This document shows positions 10,054 to 20,456 of a stretch of DNA of 64,000 nt, one piece after another; the stretch's first letter is position 1; each line of letters starts with the position of its first letter. Origin of the DNA: Clostridiales bacterium (GTDB lineage: Bacteria > Bacillota > Clostridia > Lachnospirales > Lachnospiraceae). A model generated the notes under the pieces. That model ran no database searches. It was not told the DNA's origin and saw only the letters and a program-made list of their open reading frames with translations. The DNA lies in contig JAAYJU010000106.1 of the NCBI GenBank assembly GCA_012522735.1, positions 34,095-98,094 of the forward strand, in the 5' to 3' direction. The translations under genes and the position numbers were made by a program.

Positions 10054-11925
10054 CTAATCAGCTTTAGGCTTGTGAAAGAAATTATATACCTCTGTCGCAG
10101 AGGCTTTATTCATAGAGGGAGCCTTAAGTATCTCATCGATATCCGCTTCCTTAATTGCCTCTAGGGATTGAAAATGCTTCATTAATGCCCTTCTTCTGGA
10201 TGGACCTATTCCTTTGATATCATCTAATATGGAACGCACCTGCTTTTTCTTACGTAGGCTTCTGTGATATTCTATGGCAAAGCGATGAGTCTCATCCTGA
10301 ATTCTTGTTATAAGCTTAAAGAGCTCACTGCTTTTGTCAATTGGAAGTTCTTTATTCCGGTAATAGAGACCTCTTGTACGGTGATTTTCATCCTTAACCA
10401 TGCCACATACTGCAATATCAAGCTTAAGCTCCTCCAATACCTCTAGGGCGACATTAACCTGTCCCTTTCCGCCATCCATAAATATTAGGTCGGGATATCT
10501 AGTAAAGCTCCCAAGAGCTTCATCAAGCTTCTTTTCTTTTAATTCCTCCAGCTCACGGATTCCATGGGTAAATCTTCGCATCAGCATCTCATGCATAGCC
10601 CCGTAATCATCGGGTCCAACAATAGTTCTTATCTTAAACTTTCTATAATCGGATTTCTTAGCCTTTCCCTGCTCAAATACCACCATGGACCCTACAGTTT
10701 CAAGGCCTGAAGTGTTTGATATATCAAAAGATTCTATCCTAGATATTAGCGGTAAATCCAGATAATCAGCTAACTCCTTAAGGGCTCCGGTAGTTCTTGC
10801 TTCTTCTCTTTTTAGCTTTTCGGCATCCTTATTAAGTATAAGGAGAGCATTTTTCTTAGCAAGCTCCACAAGCTTTTCTTTATTACCCTTTTTGGGTACA
10901 TGAAGGTAAACCTTCTGACCTCTTTTATTAGATAGCCACTGGCTAAGAATTTCCTCATCCTCAGGCTCTGCCTCCAGGAATATTTCCCTTGGTATATAAG
11001 GAGTTCCTGCATAGAACTGCTTAATAAAGCTGCCAATTACCTTGCTATCTGATTCATCCTCTACACCTGTCAGATAAAAATGATCCCTTCCAATAAGCTT
11101 TCCTCCTCTAATAAAGAAGGTCTGCACCACTGCTTCATCCTTATTTCTGGCAAAGGCTATGATATCTCTGTCAGCCTGGTCGGTATGAGTAATCTTCTGC
11201 TTATTCATAATCTGCTTAACGCTTCCAAGTAGGTCCCTATTAGTGGCCGCCTTCTCATACTCCATCTCATCTGAGGCTTGCTTCATTCTCTCTTCAAGCA
11301 TCTTTACAACAGGAGCATAATTTCCGCTTAGAAATTGGGTAGCATGGTCGATATTCTTGCCATAGTCCTCCTGTGAGATAAAGCCCTGACATGGAGCATC
11401 ACATTGTCCCATATAATAATAGAGGCAAGGTCTTTCCTTCCCGATATCCTTGGGAAGATTTCTGTTACAGGTTCTGATTTTATATAGCTTCCTTAGAAGA
11501 TCCAGAATGTCCTTAACAGCCGTTGTGCTGGTGTAGGGACCAAAGTATTTGGACTTATCTCTTTTCATCTCCCTAGAGAATAAGACTCTTGGATAGGCTT
11601 CATTTACAGTAACACGAATATAAGGATAGGTCTTATCATCCTTAAGCATGGTATTGTACTTAGGCCTGTGCTCCTTAATCAGGTTACACTCCAGCACCAA
11701 GGCCTCCACTTCCGAATCGGTAACTATATATTCAAAATGGTCTATACTCTCCACCATTTGCCTTATCTTCGTGGTGTGATTACGGCTGTTTTGAAAATAC
11801 TGCTTTACCCTGTTCTTAAGAATGACAGCCTTTCCCACATAGATAATGGTGTCTGATTTATCTCTCATAATATATACTCCCGGTTTATCCGGCAGCAACT
11901 TTAATTCTTCTTCTATATTAAACAT
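10054..11925 (-). CDS. uvrC: Excinuclease ABC subunit C
   Basis: [24 protein letters not shown] (GIY-YIG), [32 protein letters not shown]-terminal HhH. Confidence 0.97.
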   Translation of the reverse strand: MFNIEEELKLLPDKPGVYIMRDKSDTIIYVGKAVILKNRVKQYFQNSRNHTTKIRQMVESIDHFEYIVTDSEVEALVLECNLIKEHRPKYNTMLKDDKTYPYIRVTVNEAYPRVLFSREMKRDKSKYFGPYTSTTAVKDILDLLRKLYKIRTCNRNLPKDIGKERPCLYYYMGQCDAPCQGFISQEDYGKNIDHATQFLSGNYAPVVKMLEERMKQASDEMEYEKAATNRDLLGSVKQIMNKQKITHTDQADRDIIAFARNKDEAVVQTFFIRGGKLIGRDHFYLTGVEDESDSKVIGSFIKQFYAGTPYIPREIFLEAEPEDEEILSQWLSNKRGQKVYLHVPKKGNKEKLVELAKKNALLILNKDAEKLKREEARTTGALKELADYLDLPLISRIESFDISNTSGLETVGSMVVFEQGKAKKSDYRKFKIRTIVGPDDYGAMHEMLMRRFTHGIRELEELKEKKLDEALGSFTRYPDLIFMDGGKGQVNVALEVLEELKLDIAVCGMVKDENHRTRGLYYRNKELPIDKSSELFKLITRIQDETHRFAIEYHRSLRKKKQVRSILDDIKGIGPSRRRALMKHFQSLEAIKEADIDEILKAPSMNKASATEVYNFFHKPKAD

Positions 11926-11932
11926 AATCTAT

Positions 11933-11982
11933 CATGCCTTTCATCTTAGCATGCCTTTCATCTTGGCATGTCTTTATTTTAT
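11933..11982. repeat. 17-bp tandem repeat (2 near-perfect copies plus 1 degenerate) over the uvrC translation-initiation region
   Basis: CATGCCTTTCATCTTAG (11933-11949), CATGCCTTTCATCTTGG (11950-11966), CATGTCTTTATTTTAT (11967-11982). Confidence 0.8.
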
Positions 11983-12158
11983 ATAAGATGATAAGTAAAT
12001 GCAACATAATCTAATAAGTTAACATAAAATAAACTACCAAGGAGATATAGAATATATTATTCCTCATCCCCCTTAATCGCTTATAGTATCTTTTGTAGGC
12101 TCGTGGAAAATTTTTATATGATTTTACACATTTTAATTTATATATTAGCAGTATAAAA

Positions 12159-12192
12159 AGGTCTACCATACTTACAAAATTCTGGTAGACCT
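12159..12192 (-). terminator. Probable intrinsic terminator after ftsH
   Basis: 10-bp stem AGGTCTACCA/TGGTAGACCT followed on the minus strand by TTTT. Confidence 0.7.
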
Positions 12193-12217
12193 ATCTCATT
12201 ATTTCTCACTTATGCAA

Positions 12218-14233
12218 TTACACTTCAATATTTACACCAGGCGATTCTACATCTGTGCCCTGTACTACTACCTTCTCCTGGCCTTCATCAGCTATGTCCT
12301 GTACTACTTCCTTCTCCTGGCTTTCATCAAGCTCATCCTCAGTATGCGTCTCGGTTATGTCCTCACCCTTTATCTCTTTATATATTCCCATGAACTCTTC
12401 ACCGGTGATGGTTTCCTTGGTGATAAGAAATTCAGCTATTGCATCCAATACCTCTCGGTTTCCTGAAAGTAGTTCAAGTGCTCTATCATAGCATTCCTTC
12501 AAGATTCTCATTACTTCCTTATCTATCTCTCCTGCTGTTTCATTAGAGCAGTTTTGAACCGGTCTTCCGTCAAGATATTTGCTTTCTATAGATTCAAGTC
12601 CCATAAGTCCGAACTTTTCAGACATACCGTACTGGGTAACCATGGATCTTGCTAAGCTGGTAGCCTTTTCGATGTCATTGGAGGCTCCTGTGGTGATGGA
12701 TCCAAATACCAGCTCCTCAGCAGCCCTGCCACCATAGAGGGTGGTAATGCGGGTCATGATTTCATCCTTACTCATAAGGTATTTTTCTTCCTCAGGAACC
12801 TGCATAACATATCCTAAGGACCCCATTGTTCTTGGAACGATGGTTATCTTCTGTACGGGTTCAGCATGCTTTTCTAATGCTGTTACTAACGCATGACCTA
12901 CCTCATGATAAGCGACAATTCTTTTCTCTTCTTTATTTAAAATCCTATCTTTCTTTTCCTTACCAGCTATAACCACCTCAACGGATTCAAATAAATCCTC
13001 CTGTGTTACAACCGTACGTCCCTGCTTAACAGCAAGTATAGCTGCTTCATTAATCATATTTGCCAAATCCGAGCCAACAGCCCCGCTAGTAGCCCTTCCA
13101 ATAGCCTCTAAATCAACGGAATCATGCATAAGAACATTCTTGGCATGAACCCTTAATACATCTACCCTTCCCTTGAGGTCCGGCTTATCTACGATAATAC
13201 GGCGGTCAAATCTACCGGGACGAAGAAGGGCTTTATCTAGAACCTCAGGACGGTTGGTTGCACCAAGTACCACCAAGCCCTTTGAGGAGTCAAAGCCATC
13301 CATATTGGAAAGAAGCTGATTTAAGGTCTGCTCTCTTTCATCATTGCCGCCTCCATAGTGACTGTCTCTGCTTTTTCCTATAGCATCTATCTCGTCAATA
13401 AATATAATACATGGAGCAGTCTGCTGTGCCTGCTTAAATAAATCTCTTACTCTTGATGCACCTACACCTACGAACATTTCTACAAAGTCAGATCCGGTTA
13501 ATGAAAAGAAGGGTACCTTTGCTTCACCGGCGATAGCCTTCGCAAGTAGTGTCTTACCAGTTCCAGGAGGACCTACAAGTAATGCACCCTTGGGAAGCTT
13601 GGCACCAATACGGGTATATTTTGCGGGATTATGAAGGAAATCTACAATCTCTGTAAGAGATTCCTTTGCTTCCTCCTGACCGGCTACATCCTTAAATGTG
13701 ACTCCGGTTGATTTTTCAACATAAACCTTGGCATTGCTTTTACCGACGCCCATAACACCGCCGCTATTCTTAGATATAGCTTTAAATAAGAACCACATGA
13801 CTACATATATCAATATGAAAGGAAGAAGCATCGATAATATACTGTCTAGGATGGAGCTTCGATTATCCACAACCTTCCTGCTGTAATTTAGTCCATTTCT
13901 GTCATGAGCCTCTTGCAGCTGTTTGCTAAGCTCCTCATCATATAGGTTACCGGTATAATAGGATATGTCATAGTTGTAAGGCTGAACTATTGGGATAAAG
14001 TTGATTCTGTCACCGTCAATAATAACCTCCTTAAGCTTATCCTCATCCAACATAGTCATAAACTCATCGTAGCTTTGTTCAATATTAGTACTTTCTTTTA
14101 ATTGATTCGTTATCGCAGAAAACATATACCAGATAAATATTGCCGAAAGCAAGGTTATGATAATCGCAGTTCTATTCGGCATGTTATTCTTATTCTGTTT
14201 GTCATTCTTATTATCCATTAAGTCCTCCATCAT
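12218..14233 (-). CDS. ftsH: ATP-dependent zinc metalloprotease FtsH
   Basis: Two TM segments, [36 protein letters not shown]. Confidence 0.96.
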   Translation of the reverse strand: MMEDLMDNKNDKQNKNNMPNRTAIIITLLSAIFIWYMFSAITNQLKESTNIEQSYDEFMTMLDEDKLKEVIIDGDRINFIPIVQPYNYDISYYTGNLYDEELSKQLQEAHDRNGLNYSRKVVDNRSSILDSILSMLLPFILIYVVMWFLFKAISKNSGGVMGVGKSNAKVYVEKSTGVTFKDVAGQEEAKESLTEIVDFLHNPAKYTRIGAKLPKGALLVGPPGTGKTLLAKAIAGEAKVPFFSLTGSDFVEMFVGVGASRVRDLFKQAQQTAPCIIFIDEIDAIGKSRDSHYGGGNDEREQTLNQLLSNMDGFDSSKGLVVLGATNRPEVLDKALLRPGRFDRRIIVDKPDLKGRVDVLRVHAKNVLMHDSVDLEAIGRATSGAVGSDLANMINEAAILAVKQGRTVVTQEDLFESVEVVIAGKEKKDRILNKEEKRIVAYHEVGHALVTALEKHAEPVQKITIVPRTMGSLGYVMQVPEEEKYLMSKDEIMTRITTLYGGRAAEELVFGSITTGASNDIEKATSLARSMVTQYGMSEKFGLMGLESIESKYLDGRPVQNCSNETAGEIDKEVMRILKECYDRALELLSGNREVLDAIAEFLITKETITGEEFMGIYKEIKGEDITETHTEDELDESQEKEVVQDIADEGQEKVVVQGTDVESPGVNIEV

Positions 14234-14446
14234 TTATTTCATACAAAATCTATATAGTATTAAGAATTATATTTTCCTATTAATTATCAATGCAATATAT
14301 TTCATTATACTGATAGTCCAATTATAAATCAATAAAATAGTTCTTAAAATTCTGTGTCTAATCTGTGATAATCCATATACCAGATAATTTCTATCAATCT
14401 AAATATTATATATGTATCATATAGAATATAGCAACCCAAAAAGAAA

Positions 14447-14468
14447 AAGGGAAACATGTTGTTCCCTT
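14447..14468 (-). terminator. Probable terminator after lspA
   Basis: AAGGGAA-acatgttg-TTCCCTT stem with a T-rich run (complement of AAAAAGAAAA) on the minus strand. Confidence 0.55.
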
Positions 14469-14486
14469 AAGTGAAAATGCATCTCC

Positions 14487-14975
14487 TTATTCTTCCTTTA
14501 GAATCTGTCCACTTTCATTTATTATTTTCCTATGAAACAGATTTGACAATAGCATCAAAAATGAACCTACAATTATAAATATATCCGCAAGATTAAACAC
14601 TATATGCTTTATAGATTTTATATTAAAACTAAAATAATCTACAACCTTTCCTCTCTCAAAACGATCCTTCAGATTACTTGCTCCGCCTCCTATACATAAG
14701 GCTAAGCCTAGTTTCTGCAGTCTCATTCTCTTAGAAGGAAGGATTAATATAAATGCAAGGGTAACGATTGCAAATACTATAGCTGATACCTTCTTGACAA
14801 TTTCAGTTTTGTCGTCCAAGACATTGAGGCAAAACCCACTATTGTACTCTCTTTTTACGGTGATTTTACCCTTTAGAATATCCTTCTTTTCTCCAATACG
14901 GATCTTTTGCTCGATATAATTCTTCATATTACTGTCTAACAGAAATACTGCTAGCGCTATTAGGATATACACCAT
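14487..14975 (-). CDS. lspA: Lipoprotein signal peptidase II
   Basis: Hydrophobic 162 aa; N.G motif (EYNSG), GGGASNLKDR..GKVVDY, FNLADIFI. Confidence 0.8.
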   Translation of the reverse strand: MVYILIALAVFLLDSNMKNYIEQKIRIGEKKDILKGKITVKREYNSGFCLNVLDDKTEIVKKVSAIVFAIVTLAFILILPSKRMRLQKLGLALCIGGGASNLKDRFERGKVVDYFSFNIKSIKHIVFNLADIFIIVGSFLMLLSNLFHRKIINESGQILKEE

Positions 14976-15011
14976 ATAGATTCCTCCTTTAAACTGAAAG
15001 ACCTTTAGATC

Positions 15012-15920
15012 TTAGTCGGACTTAGACCAGGACACATGATTTTTTAATAGTTCTCGTCCTTTTTTATTTCTAATATTCTGATATGAGGGATAATGGACGT
15101 AAATCGCCTCATCCTTTTGAAGCTTAATAATCCTATTCATTAGCTCCTTAAGCTTAGGGTCATAGACAAGCTTTACTCTACCAGTTTCAAATATATCCTT
15201 GAGCCCTGTAAAGGCACTTGCCAGAAAAATAACATTCAAATCCTCTTCGTAGATAATAATCTCTGAATGTTTTGAAAGAGATAGTAACTCATTTATATGA
15301 TACCCAAAACCTAATCCATATATAATATATCTCTTAACCTCTTTATTATACCAATATCTTGCAAGCATGAAAGCCTCTGTTGGTATTCTACCATTAGTAT
15401 GAAAATAGAAGGAATCCTTTCCGTTTTTTGCGGCAAGGGTCATTAAGCCGGAGGAAGAAAACTCTACTCTATAGCCTTCCATAAGAAAGGTCTGAGGGTC
15501 GATAGATTGGTCTAGTAATCCTTCCAGCCCTAAACTAGAGCTCTTAAGCACCTTAAGATTCTCATTATAGCTTTTCTCGTCAAATGTAACCTCCTCCTTG
15601 CTAATAATCAGCTCCTGGACGCCTATAATAAAGCTAACCAGCTGAAGTTCAAGTAAATCCGCAAGGAGGATATAATCTCCCATTTTGTATGCTTCCAAAA
15701 CTCCGCTTAACATTTCCATTACAGAATCTGTGGAAACTAGATTAAAATACTCTTTGTTATCAATAATCGCTTCTATGGAATACCTAATAAGATCCATCGA
15801 ATCTGCAATAATACCAAGAGCAAGATCATGTCGCTGCTCACGAAAATAATAAATAGCCTTATCTGCCTGCCCTAGCAAATCAATATTATTATAAAATATA
15901 GTCTTTATCTTATCTGTCAT
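15012..15920 (-). CDS. Maf-related protein: small helical domain fused to a Maf N-terminal domain, no DUF115 catalytic region
   Basis: N-terminal ~105 aa has LEAYKMGDYILLADLLE, like MKALEIGDTILFSDIFE in 36011-36328. C-terminal half has YIIYGLGFGYH..IIIYE, like VSMYGLGNGIF..LIIYE in the Maf at 34135-35973. Confidence 0.55.
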   Translation of the reverse strand: MTDKIKTIFYNNIDLLGQADKAIYYFREQRHDLALGIIADSMDLIRYSIEAIIDNKEYFNLVSTDSVMEMLSGVLEAYKMGDYILLADLLELQLVSFIIGVQELIISKEEVTFDEKSYNENLKVLKSSSLGLEGLLDQSIDPQTFLMEGYRVEFSSSGLMTLAAKNGKDSFYFHTNGRIPTEAFMLARYWYNKEVKRYIIYGLGFGYHINELLSLSKHSEIIIYEEDLNVIFLASAFTGLKDIFETGRVKLVYDPKLKELMNRIIKLQKDEAIYVHYPSYQNIRNKKGRELLKNHVSWSKSD

Positions 15921-15945
15921 CGATGGTCACCTCATTTATCCCATA

Positions 15946-17868
15946 CTATCTAATGAAAAGAGATGTAATCTGAACGCATTTATATCGTACTACCTTATTC
16001 GTAGTAGCGTTAACCTCATATACTGTTATATATTCGCCGGCAGTAACAGGAATATCAGCTTCCTGAGTAAATGCCGTTCCGGTAATTACATTCTCGGTAT
16101 GAAGACCTTCAACCTTAGTTGCATCCTTGGTATATACAAGCTTATTACCTGAGCGCACTGTTGTGATTACTCTGATTGATGTACTTCCTACCGCTGTACC
16201 CTTAGCTGCTGTAGCTGTAAGAGTTGTAGCAGGAGTAGGACTTTGTATAGTTAATCTAACCGATGTTCTATCTACTGTACCATTTTTAAAGTTAATGTAA
16301 AGTGCTCTGCTGTAGCTGTTAGGAAGGTCATTTAAGTGTTCCTTCTTAAGTGTTACAGTTATAGAATACTCTACAGCAGGATTAAGAGGGTCTGTTAGGA
16401 CAGGTGTATAGCTAGGGCTAAAGTCTATCTCCCTGGTACCAAGCTTAATGGTATTTATCTCTGTCTCATAGGGAAGCTTACCTGCATTGTTTAGCTGAAT
16501 ATTGAAAGTTAAATCATCTGATATTCCCTTAACAAATGTTAGATTCTTTGTCTCAACAACAGGTACTGAAGGATAAGCTATCTTGTGACTTAAATAGGTT
16601 GAAGCTAATTCGTAGCTCACTGCAGGTGTAGTTCTTGTGGCAGGTTTTGACTTGATCTCCTTCTGCCTTATAAAGATTTCACTGCCCTCTGTTGCCCTAG
16701 ATGCCAGAACCTTTACGGCCGTGCTTCTTGTTATGGAATACCAAGCCACTCTTTCAAGATCAAAGATATCACCCGGTTTTACTACACAGTACTGATATGG
16801 ATTATCAGAAGAAGCTGATGGTATGGTTATTGAAATATTAGCTGAACCGTTATAGTTAATATATATCTTGCTATCCGATGAATCAGCGTCTGCAGGAGCC
16901 TCTCCCTCTACTATTGGACCAGGAAGTATTCTCTGTGCCGGTAATTCTATCTCAGTTATTTTAGATGCTGCTGCTCTTACTGTAGCATAATTTCTAATCT
17001 GAATAACCATAGCAGGGAAGCTTTTATCTGCTGTTAAACCGGTTGAACCGTCATTTGCTATAAGAGCCAAAGGTACGTTTCTGGTTGATCTATCTGTTAC
17101 CTGAACCCAATTAGAGGTAAGGCCATTAATAGTAGCTCGATACTCCTTACCATATCTAATATCTGCTGTGAAATCCTCTCCATCAATTCCAACAACCATA
17201 GGAGAAGCCTTCTTAGCTATTTTTAATCTAACCTCTTTGCTAATTCTTCTTCCTGCACTACCGTCTCTTAAAGTTGTATCATTTGTAGCCATAATACGAA
17301 AATATAGGTCTGCACCTTTAATTTGTAATTTCTCCAGCTGTGCAACTGTAAGACTGGATGTGTGCCTCCAAGAACCATTCTCGCCTTTTCTCCACTCTAA
17401 ATTATCAAAAGTAATAGGTTCTAGTCCAGATCCTGCTGAGGACATTATATTTACCATAGTAGCAATCGTAGCACTCTTAGGAAGACCTGCCATTTTATCA
17501 TAGCTTATAGATACTTCTAGCTTTCTAGCTCTTTCTCTTAAGGTAACTCTATGCTGTGTACCATCCTCTCCCTTTATTACAATAGTCTGCGCCACTGTTG
17601 GGGAAACCCAAGAGAAATCAATCTCCGACGTAAGACCTACATCTGCAAGCATAACCTCCCAAGAGTTCCTTGCAGCATCATTTTCTGTGGCAAAGTAGAT
17701 CTTTGTATTTCCATTATTGTTCACAATGATATTCTCATTCTCATAGTCCACTATGTTAATGGATACCGGATAAGCGGCATAGACTTGTCCCTTACCCGTT
17801 AATGATAGCAAGACAGCGGCAAATCCCAACACAAATGCGTATTTAACCATCTTTTTAAATTTTTTCAT
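15946..17868 (-). CDS. Secreted/cell-surface beta-rich protein of unknown function
   Basis: Signal peptide (MKKFKK..hydrophobic..VYAA), T/S/A/V-rich mature region, no LPXTG or SLH motif seen. Confidence 0.6.
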   Translation of the reverse strand: MKKFKKMVKYAFVLGFAAVLLSLTGKGQVYAAYPVSINIVDYENENIIVNNNGNTKIYFATENDAARNSWEVMLADVGLTSEIDFSWVSPTVAQTIVIKGEDGTQHRVTLRERARKLEVSISYDKMAGLPKSATIATMVNIMSSAGSGLEPITFDNLEWRKGENGSWRHTSSLTVAQLEKLQIKGADLYFRIMATNDTTLRDGSAGRRISKEVRLKIAKKASPMVVGIDGEDFTADIRYGKEYRATINGLTSNWVQVTDRSTRNVPLALIANDGSTGLTADKSFPAMVIQIRNYATVRAAASKITEIELPAQRILPGPIVEGEAPADADSSDSKIYINYNGSANISITIPSASSDNPYQYCVVKPGDIFDLERVAWYSITRSTAVKVLASRATEGSEIFIRQKEIKSKPATRTTPAVSYELASTYLSHKIAYPSVPVVETKNLTFVKGISDDLTFNIQLNNAGKLPYETEINTIKLGTREIDFSPSYTPVLTDPLNPAVEYSITVTLKKEHLNDLPNSYSRALYINFKNGTVDRTSVRLTIQSPTPATTLTATAAKGTAVGSTSIRVITTVRSGNKLVYTKDATKVEGLHTENVITGTAFTQEADIPVTAGEYITVYEVNATTNKVVRYKCVQITSLFIR

Positions 17869-18006
17869 CTCTTAAACCTCCAATTCACAAACCTGTTATG
17901 TACCACAAATCAGTTTATAAATGATACAATGATTAACTGTTGCAAATTATTCAAAATTTCACTATTATCATATTTATCGGTCTTTATATGATTATTCTGA
18001 ACCACT

Positions 18007-18867
18007 CTAGCTAATATCATCGAATTCTAGATATGAACAAGGTATATGTGTCTTTCGCTCTTCAATAGGCGGTAATTTCATATAATTACGGTAAATTGAT
18101 CTTAAATACCAGTCATAATTACTGAAGCCAAAGAACAAATGGCCCTCAAACTCATATTCAGATAAATTTTTAAATATTTTTTTTGGAAACCCATAGGGAT
18201 AATCCTTAGGATGAGGAGAACACATGTGAGATATAAGCTCATGTTTCCTTTTATTATTATAATTTGCAATTAATAATTGTGTTTTCATTACGAGGTTTCT
18301 AGGTATCTTTGATAATATAGAATACCACATTCTCATTAATCGATTTGGGTGTACTCTTTTACCAGCTTCTGACCATAGTGTTTTTTGGATGCAATAACTA
18401 GTAAATAAATGTATCCTTCTTAATAATATATTGTCAGGGACCCCATCCATAATAAAGATATCCAAAAACACACCATCTTGAGCTGGTATGTGCTCATATC
18501 CTGCACGAACATATCTTGTGCCTTTTAATAATAATCTAGAATACCCCCATCTGTAATAAGGATCTGTCGTGTAATCCTGAAGGAAAAACCTTTTATGATC
18601 TAGTCCCCCCTTGCTCTTACAAACCATATAAAATCGCTCGTAATCTCTACGTAGTATTACAACATCTGCATCTGTATCCCATGGAATAAAGCCCTTGTGC
18701 CTGACAGCACCCAGTAATGTACCGCCGTCTATTGCATAAGGTATATTATATGCTCTGCAAATACGATCAAATTCCACAAGACAATCTAATATATTGCTTT
18801 GTAATCCTTTGACCTGTTCGTCAGTTAGCTCTATTATACTTATATTACTACGCATTTGATACTTCAT
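18007..18867 (-). CDS. LicD family phosphotransferase (paralogue 1)
   Basis: GGTLLGAVRHKGFIPWDTDAD signature, C-terminal YLRSIYRNYMKLPP.E.R. Confidence 0.9.
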   Translation of the reverse strand: MKYQMRSNISIIELTDEQVKGLQSNILDCLVEFDRICRAYNIPYAIDGGTLLGAVRHKGFIPWDTDADVVILRRDYERFYMVCKSKGGLDHKRFFLQDYTTDPYYRWGYSRLLLKGTRYVRAGYEHIPAQDGVFLDIFIMDGVPDNILLRRIHLFTSYCIQKTLWSEAGKRVHPNRLMRMWYSILSKIPRNLVMKTQLLIANYNNKRKHELISHMCSPHPKDYPYGFPKKIFKNLSEYEFEGHLFFGFSNYDWYLRSIYRNYMKLPPIEERKTHIPCSYLEFDDIS

Positions 18868-18869
18868 TC

Positions 18870-19937
18870 CTATTTACCTTCTAGATTGCATCTCATACTC
18901 TCTATAGTATTTTGTAGCATTTGCTCAAGACCTACCTCAGGTACAAAGCCTAAGCTTAATAATTTGTCAATGCTTAAGACAGCCCTCATTTCTGGATTAT
19001 AGCCTAATTCTTTACTATCGTGATTAATTTCAATTTTTACACCAATTCTGCCCATTGCCATTTTAGTTGCTATTAGCTTGGCCATATCATATATTGATAT
19101 TTCTGTATCAGGATTTGCCACATTATATGCCTCGCCATCTTCTCCTCTAAATAATATAAGAAATAAAGCTTTTGCACAATCTCTGATATAAAGATAATTT
19201 CTTACTGTCCTTCCCTCTGTGTGTAATATTATATCTCTTTCTTCAATTACACATCGTGCAAACTCTGCAAAGACTCGTTTATCATCATAAGCCACACCAG
19301 GTCCAAATGTTTGAGTCAATCTCGCTATTTTTATTGGTAGATTATATTCATATGCATATGAAAAGCATAGATTTTCAGCCATTCTTTTCCCTTCAGAATA
19401 GCTACTCCTTGGAGATGTTATATCTATATACCCATAGTCATTCTCATGTATATATGGTTTATCATCTCGGTGTCTCCCATATATCTCTAATGATGATAAA
19501 TATAAGAATCCATATAATTTTTGTTTTGATGCAAATTGGAGTATATTATTGGTACCTGATACAAGAGAAAGAATAGTTTCAACCGGGTGCTTTATAAAAT
19601 CGCCAGATTGGGTTGTATTAGCCCCATGAATAATATAATCAATATTAGTATCTATCTTAATCTCATCTCTAACATCTCCATATATGAAGTTTAGTTGCTT
19701 CATATCGACATAATCAGCATACATCCTCTCTGCTTTTTCCTTATTACGACAAAGAGCATATACTTTAATGTTATTACGGTTTTCTCTTTCATACTCAAGC
19801 AATACTTTAGTCAAAAAACTTCCAATTAAACCGGTTGATCCAGTTATAAGGAAGGTTCTATTCATTATCTGTGGAAAGCTTTTTAAATAAGCCTTCATAT
19901 TACTTATGTCATTTTCTAAATAGTTTACATTATTCAT
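18870..19937 (-). CDS. NAD-dependent epimerase/dehydratase (extended SDR), probable CDP-ketose reductase
   Basis: FLITGSTGLIGS, YLSSLEIYG, YSEGKRMAE (YxxxK), RLTQTFGPG. Confidence 0.75.
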   Translation of the reverse strand: MNNVNYLENDISNMKAYLKSFPQIMNRTFLITGSTGLIGSFLTKVLLEYERENRNNIKVYALCRNKEKAERMYADYVDMKQLNFIYGDVRDEIKIDTNIDYIIHGANTTQSGDFIKHPVETILSLVSGTNNILQFASKQKLYGFLYLSSLEIYGRHRDDKPYIHENDYGYIDITSPRSSYSEGKRMAENLCFSYAYEYNLPIKIARLTQTFGPGVAYDDKRVFAEFARCVIEERDIILHTEGRTVRNYLYIRDCAKALFLILFRGEDGEAYNVANPDTEISIYDMAKLIATKMAMGRIGVKIEINHDSKELGYNPEMRAVLSIDKLLSLGFVPEVGLEQMLQNTIESMRCNLEGK

Positions 19938-19938
19938 T

Positions 19939-20439
19939 CTAATTCTCCTGTTCTAACCCAACAGAATTAATAGCTTCTGTAATATTTAAAACATTTCCTA
20001 TTTTTTTCTTCAGCTCTTTAGTTACAGAGTCTATATTACCGAAGATTGATATCAGAATCACATCTGCACTAGGCAAATTGTCTTTTAATTTATATACTGG
20101 TAATGAATGATACAAATTATCTGCATTATTATCAATAAAATAAATCACCTCAACATTACTATCTTTAAGAGCATCATAAATAAGATAACCAATCTCTCCC
20201 ATTCCATAGATGGCAATACGATGATAGCCCGATCTCTCCAAATGGTTTGCTAGCGAATATCCAAGCTTATGTATAGCCACCCATTCAAGCATGAAATCAT
20301 ACTTACTTTTATTGAGTTCTATACTCTTATCCTTTTTGTGCTCCTGAACTTTAAGATACCGATTTTTTTTTTGTAAATCAATCACAAAATATGCTTGAAT
20401 AATAATTATTATTATAGTAGTTATAAAAAGATATATCAT
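19939..20439 (-). CDS. Membrane-anchored small Rossmann-like domain protein
   Basis: N-terminal TM helix, coiled linker, then RIAIYGMGEIG..YFIDNN. ATG at 20439 chosen from RBS spacing. Confidence 0.55.
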   Translation of the reverse strand: MIYLFITTIIIIIIQAYFVIDLQKKNRYLKVQEHKKDKSIELNKSKYDFMLEWVAIHKLGYSLANHLERSGYHRIAIYGMGEIGYLIYDALKDSNVEVIYFIDNNADNLYHSLPVYKLKDNLPSADVILISIFGNIDSVTKELKKKIGNVLNITEAINSVGLEQEN

Positions 20440-20456
20440 AGTTATCCCCAACCCTC

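Noticed and set aside
11926-12217. SOS (LexA) box upstream of uvrC
   Set aside because: No GAAC-N4-GTTC match found by eye.
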